Below, piece after piece: positions 37,301 through 47,100 of a DNA stretch of 64,000 nucleotides. The stretch comes from a virus (Duplodnaviria; Caudoviricetes): IMG/VR virus record IMGVR_UViG_3300037067_019009, positions 148,669 through 212,668 of that record. One strand, given 5' to 3'. Each line of letters opens with the position of its first letter. The first letter of the stretch is position 1. The notes under the pieces were generated by a model that did no database searches, was not told the DNA's origin, and was given only the letters and a program-made list of their open reading frames with translations. The position numbers and the translations under genes are program-made.

Positions 37301-37891
37301 ATAAAACCAACACACGAATATAATAACATCCCAGAAGAGTGGACTAGCCCATATGATTGGGCCTACTTCTGTAGACTGGACACGACAGAGGTGGGAGAGG
37401 CCGCGAGAGTGGCGAGAAAAGACGCGGAGTTTTTCAGAGGCACGGGCTATGCTTCGTATGCGTATAATTGTGGGCCTGTAGAAAAAGCGGGGGAGCAGGT
37501 TGTTCGTAGGTTTTTCGACTACTTTAGCATACGATACACTAAGAACGGAGACCCCTACCTTCCCCCGTTTATAGTTAGTGGGCTTAATATAGATGTGCAT
37601 ACCAGGGCCTTAAAATTCAAAGAGCAGTACGATCATTATGGACTAACCGGAGGAAATCTGAATATAGAGAGGTTTCCTGGAATAGTTCCAGAGTTGGGGT
37701 TGCTGCGGTCTGCCGACATCTATGTTTTCTGCGGATTTGATGTGTGCAGCTATGAGGGTTTTTTGTTTGGGTGGACGGACAGTGGGACTCTAGCTGAGGT
37801 GGAACTATCTACCGGGTGCAAATACCCCGCGAAATTTGTAAAGCTATCAAAACTTTATAGTCCCCATTCATTGTTAGATGAGTTATGTTAA
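37301..37891 (+). CDS. Restriction-endonuclease-fold (PD-(D/E)XK-like) phage protein
   Basis: AGEQVV...NIDVHTR...ADIYVFC...FLFGW pattern; frame is open upstream of GTG 37391 to a GAAAGGGA RBS, so the start is uncertain (ATA 37292/37301). Confidence 0.45.
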   Translation: MKPTHEYNNIPEEWTSPYDWAYFCRLDTTEVGEAARVARKDAEFFRGTGYASYAYNCGPVEKAGEQVVRRFFDYFSIRYTKNGDPYLPPFIVSGLNIDVHTRALKFKEQYDHYGLTGGNLNIERFPGIVPELGLLRSADIYVFCGFDVCSYEGFLFGWTDSGTLAEVELSTGCKYPAKFVKLSKLYSPHSLLDELC

Positions 37892-37947
37892 GTTTGGTTC
37901 GGTCAGGTATAGTAAGGTATGGTTTAGTCATGGAGGTAAAAACAAAA

Positions 37948-38259
37948 ATGGAAAACACCAGAGCAGCCACTAACGATTGTAATAAGACGGTAGACGTTCT
38001 TTATAATTACTACGTGAGTGCACACGAATTATTGGGAGTACATGGCAGTACGCTAGAGGGGCGCATTAAAACTTTAGTTGAGATCATAATGCCCCCTGGG
38101 CAGCAACTAGATGCTCTCAAATCCCAACTAACAGACACTCTGTGGAGAGCACTCAATGATATGCGAGAGACTCTCCATGGGATGTACACTCGTAGTTTGG
38201 ACCAACTTGGTGTGGATGCGGGAAATGTTATTCCGCCATCAGGCCAAGGGGTAGGTTAA
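37948..38259 (+). CDS. Hypothetical helical protein
   Basis: Strong RBS GGAGGT at 37932, ATG 37948. Confidence 0.55.
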   Translation: MENTRAATNDCNKTVDVLYNYYVSAHELLGVHGSTLEGRIKTLVEIIMPPGQQLDALKSQLTDTLWRALNDMRETLHGMYTRSLDQLGVDAGNVIPPSGQGVG

Positions 38260-38298
38260 TTTAACTGACTCTGGCCGAACCAATTTCAGTAATATAGG

Positions 38299-38338
38299 AT
38301 AGCCGTGGTGGGGGTAACTTTGCCACGGCTGTATTTTC
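38299..38338 (+). terminator. Terminator-like hairpin directly upstream of the 1821-aa gene
   Basis: ATAGCCGTGGTGGGG-GTAA-CTTTGCCACGGCTGT (GNRA loop) followed by ATTTTC. Confidence 0.65.
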
Positions 38339-38342
38339 AAAT

Positions 38343-41300
38343 ATGCCGATATATGATTACACAAGAGTATCAGTAGGAGATAAGGTTAGAGATAACCAGA
38401 CGCTGGAAGAGGGCACTATTGTCGATATGCAGGCGATGGGCCAGTGGACAGTGCTGATTACCATCGTAGTGGGTCTCTCCGGGATACAGAAAAAGCTGCT
38501 GGTTCAAGTAGAAAGGCCTACGGGAATCGGAGGTTTAGCCACGACCTCTCCAATCTCCACTCTGGAAGTCAGGGCTGACGAGCTGGGTAAGGCCGGGCAG
38601 AAGGTTGTAGCTAAAGCTAAACCTGATAGCATTACACCACAAGTTGCAGTAGAGGCTAGGGGCGCGGCGGGAGGGATAAGCCCAGCTAAGCTTGTAGGTA
38701 AGTCTAAGCTGGAAGAGCTTAGGCTTTATGTAGATAAGACTTATCTCGACAGGCGCATAAATGGGGTAGAGAAGGAAAAGATTCTCTCTCTCATGGACGA
38801 TTTAGCGCGTCTTCCGAAGAGCAGACAGGAAAGCCTCTTACGAGAGATAATACACGGGCCTGACGAGTCTGGTGTTAAAGCCGCTATCAACTCGGCACTC
38901 GCCGAGGCAGGAAAGACTACTTACTCTGAAGAATCTATCGCCACATTTGATTTGCTTGTGACCAGGCATAGTTCACTTATAGGAGCTGAGGCTGAGCATA
39001 TAGCCTTTAAGTCGTCCATTGATATGGGCAAGCGTGCGAGTATGCTCGGCGGGTTGTCAATGGATTATACGGGCACAGCGGCTCCTATGATAAGGGATAT
39101 ATCCGAGGCCTTATCAGCAGGCGTGGATCCCAGGGATTTAGTTGAAGATCTGTTTCAGATTCATAGAGGTAACTTATCTCCCGGTAGGCTTGGTGAGCAC
39201 ACATCTGCTCTTGAGGGAGTCCTGTCCGGTGGTAGATGGTACGATCCATGGTGTATTCGCGATACGGCATGGGATTTAGCGTTAGAGCTGGAAGAAGCGT
39301 TTCCTGGACATACTAAGGTATATAGCCCTAATGAATTTGCTGATGCTGAGTATGAGAAGAAGTTGTCCAGAGAAGGTGGCACACTTCAACCATTCTTTGA
39401 ATCAAGGGCAGAGAATGCTACGCTGCGGTCTATGCATCGGGCTGGTACTAGGCCGAGTGGTTTTCTCCCTACTGCTGGGGTGTCCGTAGCGCAGTACAAC
39501 GAGGGTGTACTTGGTAAACTTATTAGCGGACAGCCTATGGTGGTTGAGCATGAAGGTCTGATGTTCAGAATTACTGGAGCCGCACAGCCGATAGTAGGTA
39601 AGGAGCCTTATCTTATAGGGGAGCTACTAAGCCGCGTGGATCCCAGCAAGGTCGGCATTATGACCGAGGTTTCCGTGGCCGGAGAGGCAGGAATCGGTAC
39701 TGTGCATGAGCTACTATCTAGATTTGTAGGCGGAGAAGGCTACTCCGTTTGGGCCGAGTACTTGACGGGAAAAGATCCTATCTCTAACTTATCAGCTGCT
39801 ATTGAGAACTTTGTTCCTAAGCCAGAAGATCCTAGGTTTGAGGAATTTTTATCTGCCTCTTATGGTGATGCAAGAGATCCTGAGGCTTTGTTCAGATCTA
39901 AGGTAATGTCGAAGATCAGGAAATCTGGCATACCTCAGAGACTCCTTGAGGATGTAGATCTTCTTACTAGGGAACCTGTAATACTGTCCAGTATTTATGA
40001 TGATGCCTTCGTGCTTTATTATAAAAAGGCATTGGAAGAGGCTTACCGTACGCCAGGCCCAGTTGATTTAGGAGCCGTGTTTAATCGTGTATTCGAATCC
40101 AAAGAAACAGATGCCATAATATCTCTTCTGACTCGTAGGGCTGTTATGGGACAGATTGACGTAGACGCCGATGTGTCTCTCTTCGCCGAGCTCACTAAGA
40201 CTAACGAAGGATTTGAAGACTATCTTACTAGGGAAGCAGAGATGCAGCCCATTACAGGGGGCCGGCGGGACGACCCAGTATCGGAGCTTATGAAAAAGGC
40301 TTCTCCCGTGCAAGAAGGAATAGACTACAGAAAAATCCTTCTTGACATGGATCTACATGGGATTACGTTGACCGCGGAAGATATGACTGCGTCTATGTCG
40401 AAGAGCAGGTTCAACGAACTTCTTTTTCAAGGATTGGCGAATGAGGCCGAATTCACTACTGTCAATGGCAAGCTGGTTTTGATCCCGAAAGATCTTCCAT
40501 TATTTTTGAGGCGTTTATCAGAGATCGATACTCTTTCTGGTGGATCGATAGCTGAGGCATTTAAGCTTTCCTACACCACTATAAATGGTAAAGCTGTTCT
40601 GGCTGTTCCTGTTGTAAACGTAGAAACTGGTACTGGGTATAAAGCCGCGGGGCATGCCTCCACTGGGGAAACTATATTGGAAGAACAACGAGGCAGGGGT
40701 CGACTTTTGATAAGCGGGGAGCCAGTAACAGTAGAGCTTCCATGGCATGCTGGATTAAAAGAGCGCCCTGTGTACAATACTTCTTATACGGCAATAGCCG
40801 GAGCCGCCGTGCCAGGAGAAGCTGCTCCGATCTATAAAGTAGCCGCGGGTTATATATCTAGCGCTACCACTCCTATCGAGTATACAGCCGAGATCCGCAG
40901 GCTGCTGGACGTTGTAGAAGGTAAGCAACGCACCATTTTAGGAATAGACATCGAAGCCAGTATGGATCCCTATAGTTTTGGTAGAGTATGGGAGGCCGGG
41001 GTTCAGGCTTATACGAGAGAGGGAGAGGGTAAATTCGCTACGGCGGGCGGTAAGTTATTCACTACTAGGTCTATTACCAAAGAAGAGGCTAGAGGCATGG
41101 AAGTGGTGCAAGTCGGTAGCGAGTCCGAGGTAATAGAAAGAGTTTATAAGGAACTTCGAGGACATCCTGATGCCTACAGTCTGATTCATAATGAGGTGTA
41201 CGATTTTCCACAGTTGGCTAAGAGGGCGGAAGCTCTCGGTATGCCCGAAGAGGTAGTGGGGTATTTCAAATCCCAGACCGCGGATAGAGTCATCGACACT

Positions 41301-43808
41301 ATGCGCACGTCCACCCCACTGTGGAACCCCAATCTGGAAAGCTACTCTCTAGAAAACGTAGCGAAGGCCGCGGGTGTGCGTGAGCTGGCGTGGGTGGAGG
41401 AGCATAGGGCTCCAGCTGACATCCAGACTATGGTAGATGTTTTTAATGAGCAGCTGTTTGGGAAAGGCAGGAAGGCCACCCTAGCTAATCTGCAATCTCT
41501 GGATTTATCTGAAGGCTTAGGAGGTCTTAGCCAAGAAGCCGTTGCCGGTAAGTACTACTGGAATCCAAGAATGGGTAGGCTCTATACATTTGGGATGGAA
41601 GTCGAAGGTGGAAGAGCTTTATACGCTCGTGTTCCTTTATATGATCCATCAATGGATCCTACATTGTCCCCCATAGCTATGCTTTTTGAGGAAGTGCATG
41701 GCTATCCGAACTTACCAAACGTGCCTTACGCGTATATAACACAGCCATGGGTGACAGGTAGGGAGCTATCGGCTAACTTCAAAGAGGTCACGGCGGAAGA
41801 GGGACGGGCTCTATCACAGCGCAAGGTGGAAGACCTTGCCATGAAGCGAATACGCGAGATAGAGAACACGGGGTCTGGTGTTTCCGCTGAGCTGGAACGT
41901 ATACGACTTGCCCATGAGTTCATAGAAGGTAAGTCAGCGTTGCTTACTCCAGAAGTCATGGACGTGGTACAGCAAGAGGTCGCGAGTAAGTTTCCCGGGA
42001 TGCGGGAACGAGCTCCCGGTGGGCTGCTTGATCAGGCATATAGAGAAGCGCTGGATAAGGCCATCTCTAAGAAGGCGGCGTTGTCATCGGACATGATTGA
42101 CTGGGTGACACACTATGTACAAGATCCGAGGATGCTTGACCAGCTCATGTGGATGGAGGAGAACTACTTCGGAAGTAGCACCTATAGAAATATTCTAGCC
42201 CCAGTATACAACGCGCTAGAAAATACTGAGTTGTCACCTCAAGATAGGAGCTATCTATCCAAAACCTTTTTCTCTAAGTTATCTGGCGTGACAAAGAGAC
42301 CGGAACGTACGGTGGAAGTAGACCCAGCAAACCGTAGGATAGCTTTTATGGTAGAGGAGTTCGGTGAGGCCGAGACTATACGGATAGGAGGCGCCGCGGA
42401 GGCCGCGTCGGACGTAGAAAGGGTAGCCAATAGATACGTTAAGACTACATCGTCCGAGCGCTTAGCCAGACTGTTGGAAGGGAAGCTTTCTCCGCGCCAA
42501 TTGACGGACTTTCTTATTCATAGGAATATATCTATTCTTCCTAGGGCTGCTGCCGATGTGGTGATTTCTAGTATAAGAGACGTAGAAATTTTCGAATCTT
42601 TACGCCGCGGTCTTACTCCGTTCGCAAAAAAAATTGGGGGCAGAAAACTTTATAATGCTTTCGCCGTTGGACCGGAAGAAACTTATGAAGAGCTCCTCAG
42701 GATAGGAAGCAAGGCCGACCTGACCAAGTCTCAGTTGTCTTTGCTTGAGGAAGCGGACTTCACTGATTATGGCGCTGATTGGTTAGCGGAAGCTGGTAAG
42801 ACCGAAGAAGCCACGTCTGTCATGCGAGAGATGCTCGAAGAGATTCACAACCCTAATGTGCCGTCTCCTATGGTGAGTGCCTCGGAGCGTACGGCCTTTC
42901 CATCTGGTGATCAAATACCTTACGCCCTCCGAGGCCGAAGAAGCCTAGAATCGGCCACAGAGGAAGCTATAAGAAGGCATCTTAGAGACAATCCAGACGA
43001 TCCTACCGCCGCCATAAACGCCGCGAAACGAGAGATAATCAGGGCGGCCCACAAGGTGTACACTGATCCCAAAGCATTGTCTCTTTTCGATTCTACGGGA
43101 CAAGAAGCCTTAGCGGGCCTACTAGGTATCCCAGCCCTTGAAAACGCCACCAGCATAAATGACATAGCAGATCTCGTCGTTCCTACCGGAAGGCATTCTG
43201 GAAGAAAGCTTGGAGACTTAACCAAAGCGGACCTGCGAGACTTGGTAAGGTATGAGGGGCTCAGTGAGGAGTTCAGGGATACTATTCGCGGCTTCATAAA
43301 GGAACCTTCCGTAGAGATACCTTTTGAGCCTAGAGGAGTAGCTACTAAGCAGGCCGGTATAGGGAAGGTATTGAGCACCATAGATGAAACCGGAAGGAGC
43401 CTTTTGTCTGATGCTAAAGATATGATTAGGGGTGAGGGCAGAGGGGCAGTAATGGCCGCGTTGTTGGCGGCTACAGCTGCTATGGTATACACCGTGGGGC
43501 ATGACGTTGATGTTAGAAGCGATGAGGAAAAGATGACCCCAAGACAAAGATTCCTGCACTTCATAGAAACTAAAGAGACTGCCTTACACCATAGAATTTC
43601 AGTGAACATTGCGGGTGATACTGGGGGACTGCCAGGGGTGTCGGAAGGCGGCATCATTGAGTCTACGCGACAAGCAATAGCCCCATTTCTTCCTGGTGGA
43701 GTAAACGTAGGTGAAGTTTCTGGGCAGGACGATAGAACCAATTATGATAAGAGGCGGCTGGATAAGACAGAGGCGTCTCTACATAAGTACACGGGAAGAT
43801 TGATGTAA
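38343..43808 (+). CDS. Giant putative virion protein with DEDDh (DnaQ-like) 3'-5' exonuclease domain
   Basis: ExoI ILGIDIEA, ExoII IHNEVYDFPQL, VIDTM...SYSLENVA, ExoIII EHRAPADI; C-terminal TM helix AVMAALLAATAAMVYTVG. Confidence 0.75.
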   Translation: MPIYDYTRVSVGDKVRDNQTLEEGTIVDMQAMGQWTVLITIVVGLSGIQKKLLVQVERPTGIGGLATTSPISTLEVRADELGKAGQKVVAKAKPDSITPQVAVEARGAAGGISPAKLVGKSKLEELRLYVDKTYLDRRINGVEKEKILSLMDDLARLPKSRQESLLREIIHGPDESGVKAAINSALAEAGKTTYSEESIATFDLLVTRHSSLIGAEAEHIAFKSSIDMGKRASMLGGLSMDYTGTAAPMIRDISEALSAGVDPRDLVEDLFQIHRGNLSPGRLGEHTSALEGVLSGGRWYDPWCIRDTAWDLALELEEAFPGHTKVYSPNEFADAEYEKKLSREGGTLQPFFESRAENATLRSMHRAGTRPSGFLPTAGVSVAQYNEGVLGKLISGQPMVVEHEGLMFRITGAAQPIVGKEPYLIGELLSRVDPSKVGIMTEVSVAGEAGIGTVHELLSRFVGGEGYSVWAEYLTGKDPISNLSAAIENFVPKPEDPRFEEFLSASYGDARDPEALFRSKVMSKIRKSGIPQRLLEDVDLLTREPVILSSIYDDAFVLYYKKALEEAYRTPGPVDLGAVFNRVFESKETDAIISLLTRRAVMGQIDVDADVSLFAELTKTNEGFEDYLTREAEMQPITGGRRDDPVSELMKKASPVQEGIDYRKILLDMDLHGITLTAEDMTASMSKSRFNELLFQGLANEAEFTTVNGKLVLIPKDLPLFLRRLSEIDTLSGGSIAEAFKLSYTTINGKAVLAVPVVNVETGTGYKAAGHASTGETILEEQRGRGRLLISGEPVTVELPWHAGLKERPVYNTSYTAIAGAAVPGEAAPIYKVAAGYISSATTPIEYTAEIRRLLDVVEGKQRTILGIDIEASMDPYSFGRVWEAGVQAYTREGEGKFATAGGKLFTTRSITKEEARGMEVVQVGSESEVIERVYKELRGHPDAYSLIHNEVYDFPQLAKRAEALGMPEEVVGYFKSQTADRVIDTMRTSTPLWNPNLESYSLENVAKAAGVRELAWVEEHRAPADIQTMVDVFNEQLFGKGRKATLANLQSLDLSEGLGGLSQEAVAGKYYWNPRMGRLYTFGMEVEGGRALYARVPLYDPSMDPTLSPIAMLFEEVHGYPNLPNVPYAYITQPWVTGRELSANFKEVTAEEGRALSQRKVEDLAMKRIREIENTGSGVSAELERIRLAHEFIEGKSALLTPEVMDVVQQEVASKFPGMRERAPGGLLDQAYREALDKAISKKAALSSDMIDWVTHYVQDPRMLDQLMWMEENYFGSSTYRNILAPVYNALENTELSPQDRSYLSKTFFSKLSGVTKRPERTVEVDPANRRIAFMVEEFGEAETIRIGGAAEAASDVERVANRYVKTTSSERLARLLEGKLSPRQLTDFLIHRNISILPRAAADVVISSIRDVEIFESLRRGLTPFAKKIGGRKLYNAFAVGPEETYEELLRIGSKADLTKSQLSLLEEADFTDYGADWLAEAGKTEEATSVMREMLEEIHNPNVPSPMVSASERTAFPSGDQIPYALRGRRSLESATEEAIRRHLRDNPDDPTAAINAAKREIIRAAHKVYTDPKALSLFDSTGQEALAGLLGIPALENATSINDIADLVVPTGRHSGRKLGDLTKADLRDLVRYEGLSEEFRDTIRGFIKEPSVEIPFEPRGVATKQAGIGKVLSTIDETGRSLLSDAKDMIRGEGRGAVMAALLAATAAMVYTVGHDVDVRSDEEKMTPRQRFLHFIETKETALHHRISVNIAGDTGGLPGVSEGGIIESTRQAIAPFLPGGVNVGEVSGQDDRTNYDKRRLDKTEASLHKYTGRLM

Positions 43809-43809
43809 T

Positions 43810-44133
43810 ATGTCCTTATCAATTAGTAACATTAGCGGTGTTACGAGACTCCTTTCTAATAAACAAGCGGTGAAGGCCGGCATGAATCAGGTAGCGGGTT
43901 CGTCCGAAGTATCACGTTTATCTGCATTACTTCTATCAGACCAACGAACAGCAGAACGTGCAGGCAAGGTAATTCAAACGGTCCAACCTGTCCCGGAAGA
44001 GATAATTAAAACCAATATCCCCTCTACGTTCTCCCCGGCAAGAATGACCACTAATATAAGATCCCGAGACTTACCCATACCGAATACTTCGGATATCTAC
44101 CATAGGCATAATAAGCGAGGTTTGGCATACTAA
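43810..44133 (+). CDS. Hypothetical basic protein
   Basis: Fills the gap between two giant genes; abuts both. Confidence 0.5.
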   Translation: MSLSISNISGVTRLLSNKQAVKAGMNQVAGSSEVSRLSALLLSDQRTAERAGKVIQTVQPVPEEIIKTNIPSTFSPARMTTNIRSRDLPIPNTSDIYHRHNKRGLAY

Positions 44134-47100
44134 ATGAACAGCGTTCCTGATAACTGGACATTACAACAAAAAAATAAGCTGTACGATCCCACAGACGAAG
44201 AGCTGCGTAATGGGGTATATAGCTACATGGGGATAGTCCTCCCAACTAGTGACCCAAGGTACATGAACATCGTCAGGCCTCAGGATATTACCAGACAAAG
44301 CGACGGCACTATTGTAGTTCCTTATACTAAGTATAGGGTTTCTTCGACGTCTCAGACCAGCGAGGATTGGGTGAGGGTGATTTCCAACAAGAAAGCCAAG
44401 ACTAGTAGTGATGGCGCTATCGTTGCGGGAGGCAACGCTAACTCCGTGAGTATACGGGCGCTGTCTAACATGGATAAGGACGTAATGCACTACGCGTGGA
44501 ACAGTATGCCAGAGTCCGCTAAAGCTGACACAAAAAACCCAGTATACAGGTACGACCAAACCTTTCATAATTTAATAGATGAGGTTTCAGGTAGGGCAAC
44601 CAACACAATGGAAGAGGCGAAGGCATGGAGAGTAGGCAAGGCTGTGAATAGAATCAAAAAGCCGGAAGTGGATGTCTGGTTCCCTACTCCAATTCCATAT
44701 GTTCCTAGCAGGGAAGAGCTCAAAAGCATGTTGAAGCCGGGCTATATGCGTATTGGTTACGCTGGATTTTTAATGCCTCCTACAGATATAACGTACATGC
44801 GTAAGTATCCGGTAGATATAAAGCCGTTGATGCGGGCGTCGTCCAGCCTTAAGAGAGGGTTTGGACATTCTTCACGTGAGTTCCAGCTGAACTTCCAGTT
44901 CGATAGCCCTATGCAGGTCAACCAGGTTTTACTTCCACTGATACGGCAATTTCAGAGGACTCCGTTTCTACCCATAGTGAACTCCTACTTCAATGATACC
45001 TTAGATATAGACGCGGTAGCGCTGCAGGCCATACAATACAGCACTATCCCTGGGTTTCCCGGTAGGATAGATGCCACTATACAAATGGCCGAGTTCAACT
45101 GGACTGCTTATATGCCAGGTGAGGCCAACTTTGATACTACTATATGCTATCCGCTTCTGAAGATTTGGTGTGAGGCGAATACACACACCCAGAAGATACG
45201 TGGAGTTCCCCTTGCCAACTCTGATGATATAGGATTCGATGGAGTTTTAAAGTGGTACCTGCCGACGGAGGAATATTTAGCTGCGACTGAAGAGAAGGCT
45301 ACTAAGCCCTACTCTGATCTATCGGCAATAGAAAAGGAGTCGGTGGACATAGAAAATGTGATGCTTGGTGTCAGCTACCTTTCTGGAAATGCTATTCAGG
45401 AACTAGAGGATAACTACGGCTTGAAAAGCGTTGTAGCTACTGAGAACCTCAAGAACTTACATGGACGTAACTATGCCGTTAATCGCCCCTTCTTCGTTGG
45501 AAATGTAGATATCATTCCACCAGATGTAGACGTGCCTGGATTTCCGACTAAAGCAGTGGTAATTAAGCTCAGCGACCCACGCTTTATAGTAGAAATGCTT
45601 AAACGACTAGCCGATGCTGGAACATCGGAAGACGGTGGGGATTTCACTAATGGTGCTGTAGTTTATGGTAATGTAGAACTGGTTCCTTCTCGCTCTATCG
45701 GAGGAGCGGCTACCATCCGTGGCTCTGTTATGATTCCATATGACATGAAAGACATCGTTGCTAGTATGGAAAGTGTCATATCGACGTCCTCGGACAGCAG
45801 CGTGAGTCGTAAGTATCTAGAAGCCTTAGACATGATGCGTGGCGCTTACTTCGTTATCCCTAAACAAAGTATTGGGATGCTGAATGATCTTGTAACGTTA
45901 TACGAGGGGGGGGCTCAGGCTGCTATAAAGGCTGGCCCATCCGCCGCCCAAGGAAGACTGATTCTCGAAAAGATGTGGAAGGAATATATTTTTCCATCTG
46001 CTGTCATTACACGTGTAACAGCTACAACGGAAAATTTGTTGACGAGTGTCCAACCACAGATGACTAGTTCACCTTTGCATCAGTACATGGGAAGAGCCGA
46101 CTCTTATTTTACGGTGGAGATGGCTGTCAATCAAGAGATCGATGTTCGAGCTATCAAGCAGATGCTGGAAGATGTAGATTATCTTGTACGTAGGTACGGT
46201 GGCATATCCTTTTATGAAGGATATATGAAAGTAGATAACGAACTATTTTCTCTTCTTGGGGCGGACAGAGTAATCCCCGTATCATGCCAGATTACGACGG
46301 TAGAAGACTACCCCGGTACATATAATGTAGTGCTTCAGCTCGCACATTTTGACCCTGAGCAGGAAAGTCGGGAGAAGTTGAAAGCCGGAAAGATGAGCGA
46401 CTTTTACAATCCTTCTGGGCAAGTAGGAGCGCCTTATGATATTGTAGAGCGTACTACTGATGGGTTTAAGCAGCACATGGTTAGGGCGGAGGCATTCAAT
46501 GACAAGTTGAGTACCCTGGAGCTTTATCCAGACTTGGCTCTGCCTACTTACGATCAGATGAGAACATGGATAAGATACGCGAAACAGGGAGGGGTGGGAG
46601 TCGCTAAGATACTCACAGACTCAGTTGTCAGTGACGCGCACGGTAGCCCTGTAGGCGTGGAGGGATGGAACTGGACGGCGGGGGATTGCGCTAATCTCGA
46701 ATGCCCATCATCCGACGCTTATGTGGACCCTGATTTCTATTGCGCCCCCAGCTATCAAGTGGGAGCTGAAATAGTAGATACAACGATAAAGGCGATGCTG
46801 AGCGGCCAAGCTAAGTATACTATGATCGCGGAGTCTGGGGGTGGCAAGGCAGACCTGGCATTTATGGGGTACCTTGGTGGACTGGATACTACGGCCCAGG
46901 CTGGGGCGGACTTGTATAACAGCATGTCTTTTTTAGGTGCGGAGGACATGCAAGCGTCCGGTCTTCAGTCTTTAACAAGTGGTGAGTATTTTTCCGGAGC
47001 CGCAGACTCTAAGAATCCCGGTACACCGCAAGACGTTATAATACAACTTCGCAAGTCAGGATGTACCCTGGGGGATATACAGTACATATTAGATTATTCT

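Noticed and set aside
38343-43808. DNA polymerase or virion RNA polymerase
   Set aside because: Only the DEDDh motifs are recognisable; no PolA/B/C motifs or DxDGD/NADFDGD motif seen, though a very divergent domain cannot be excluded without HHpred
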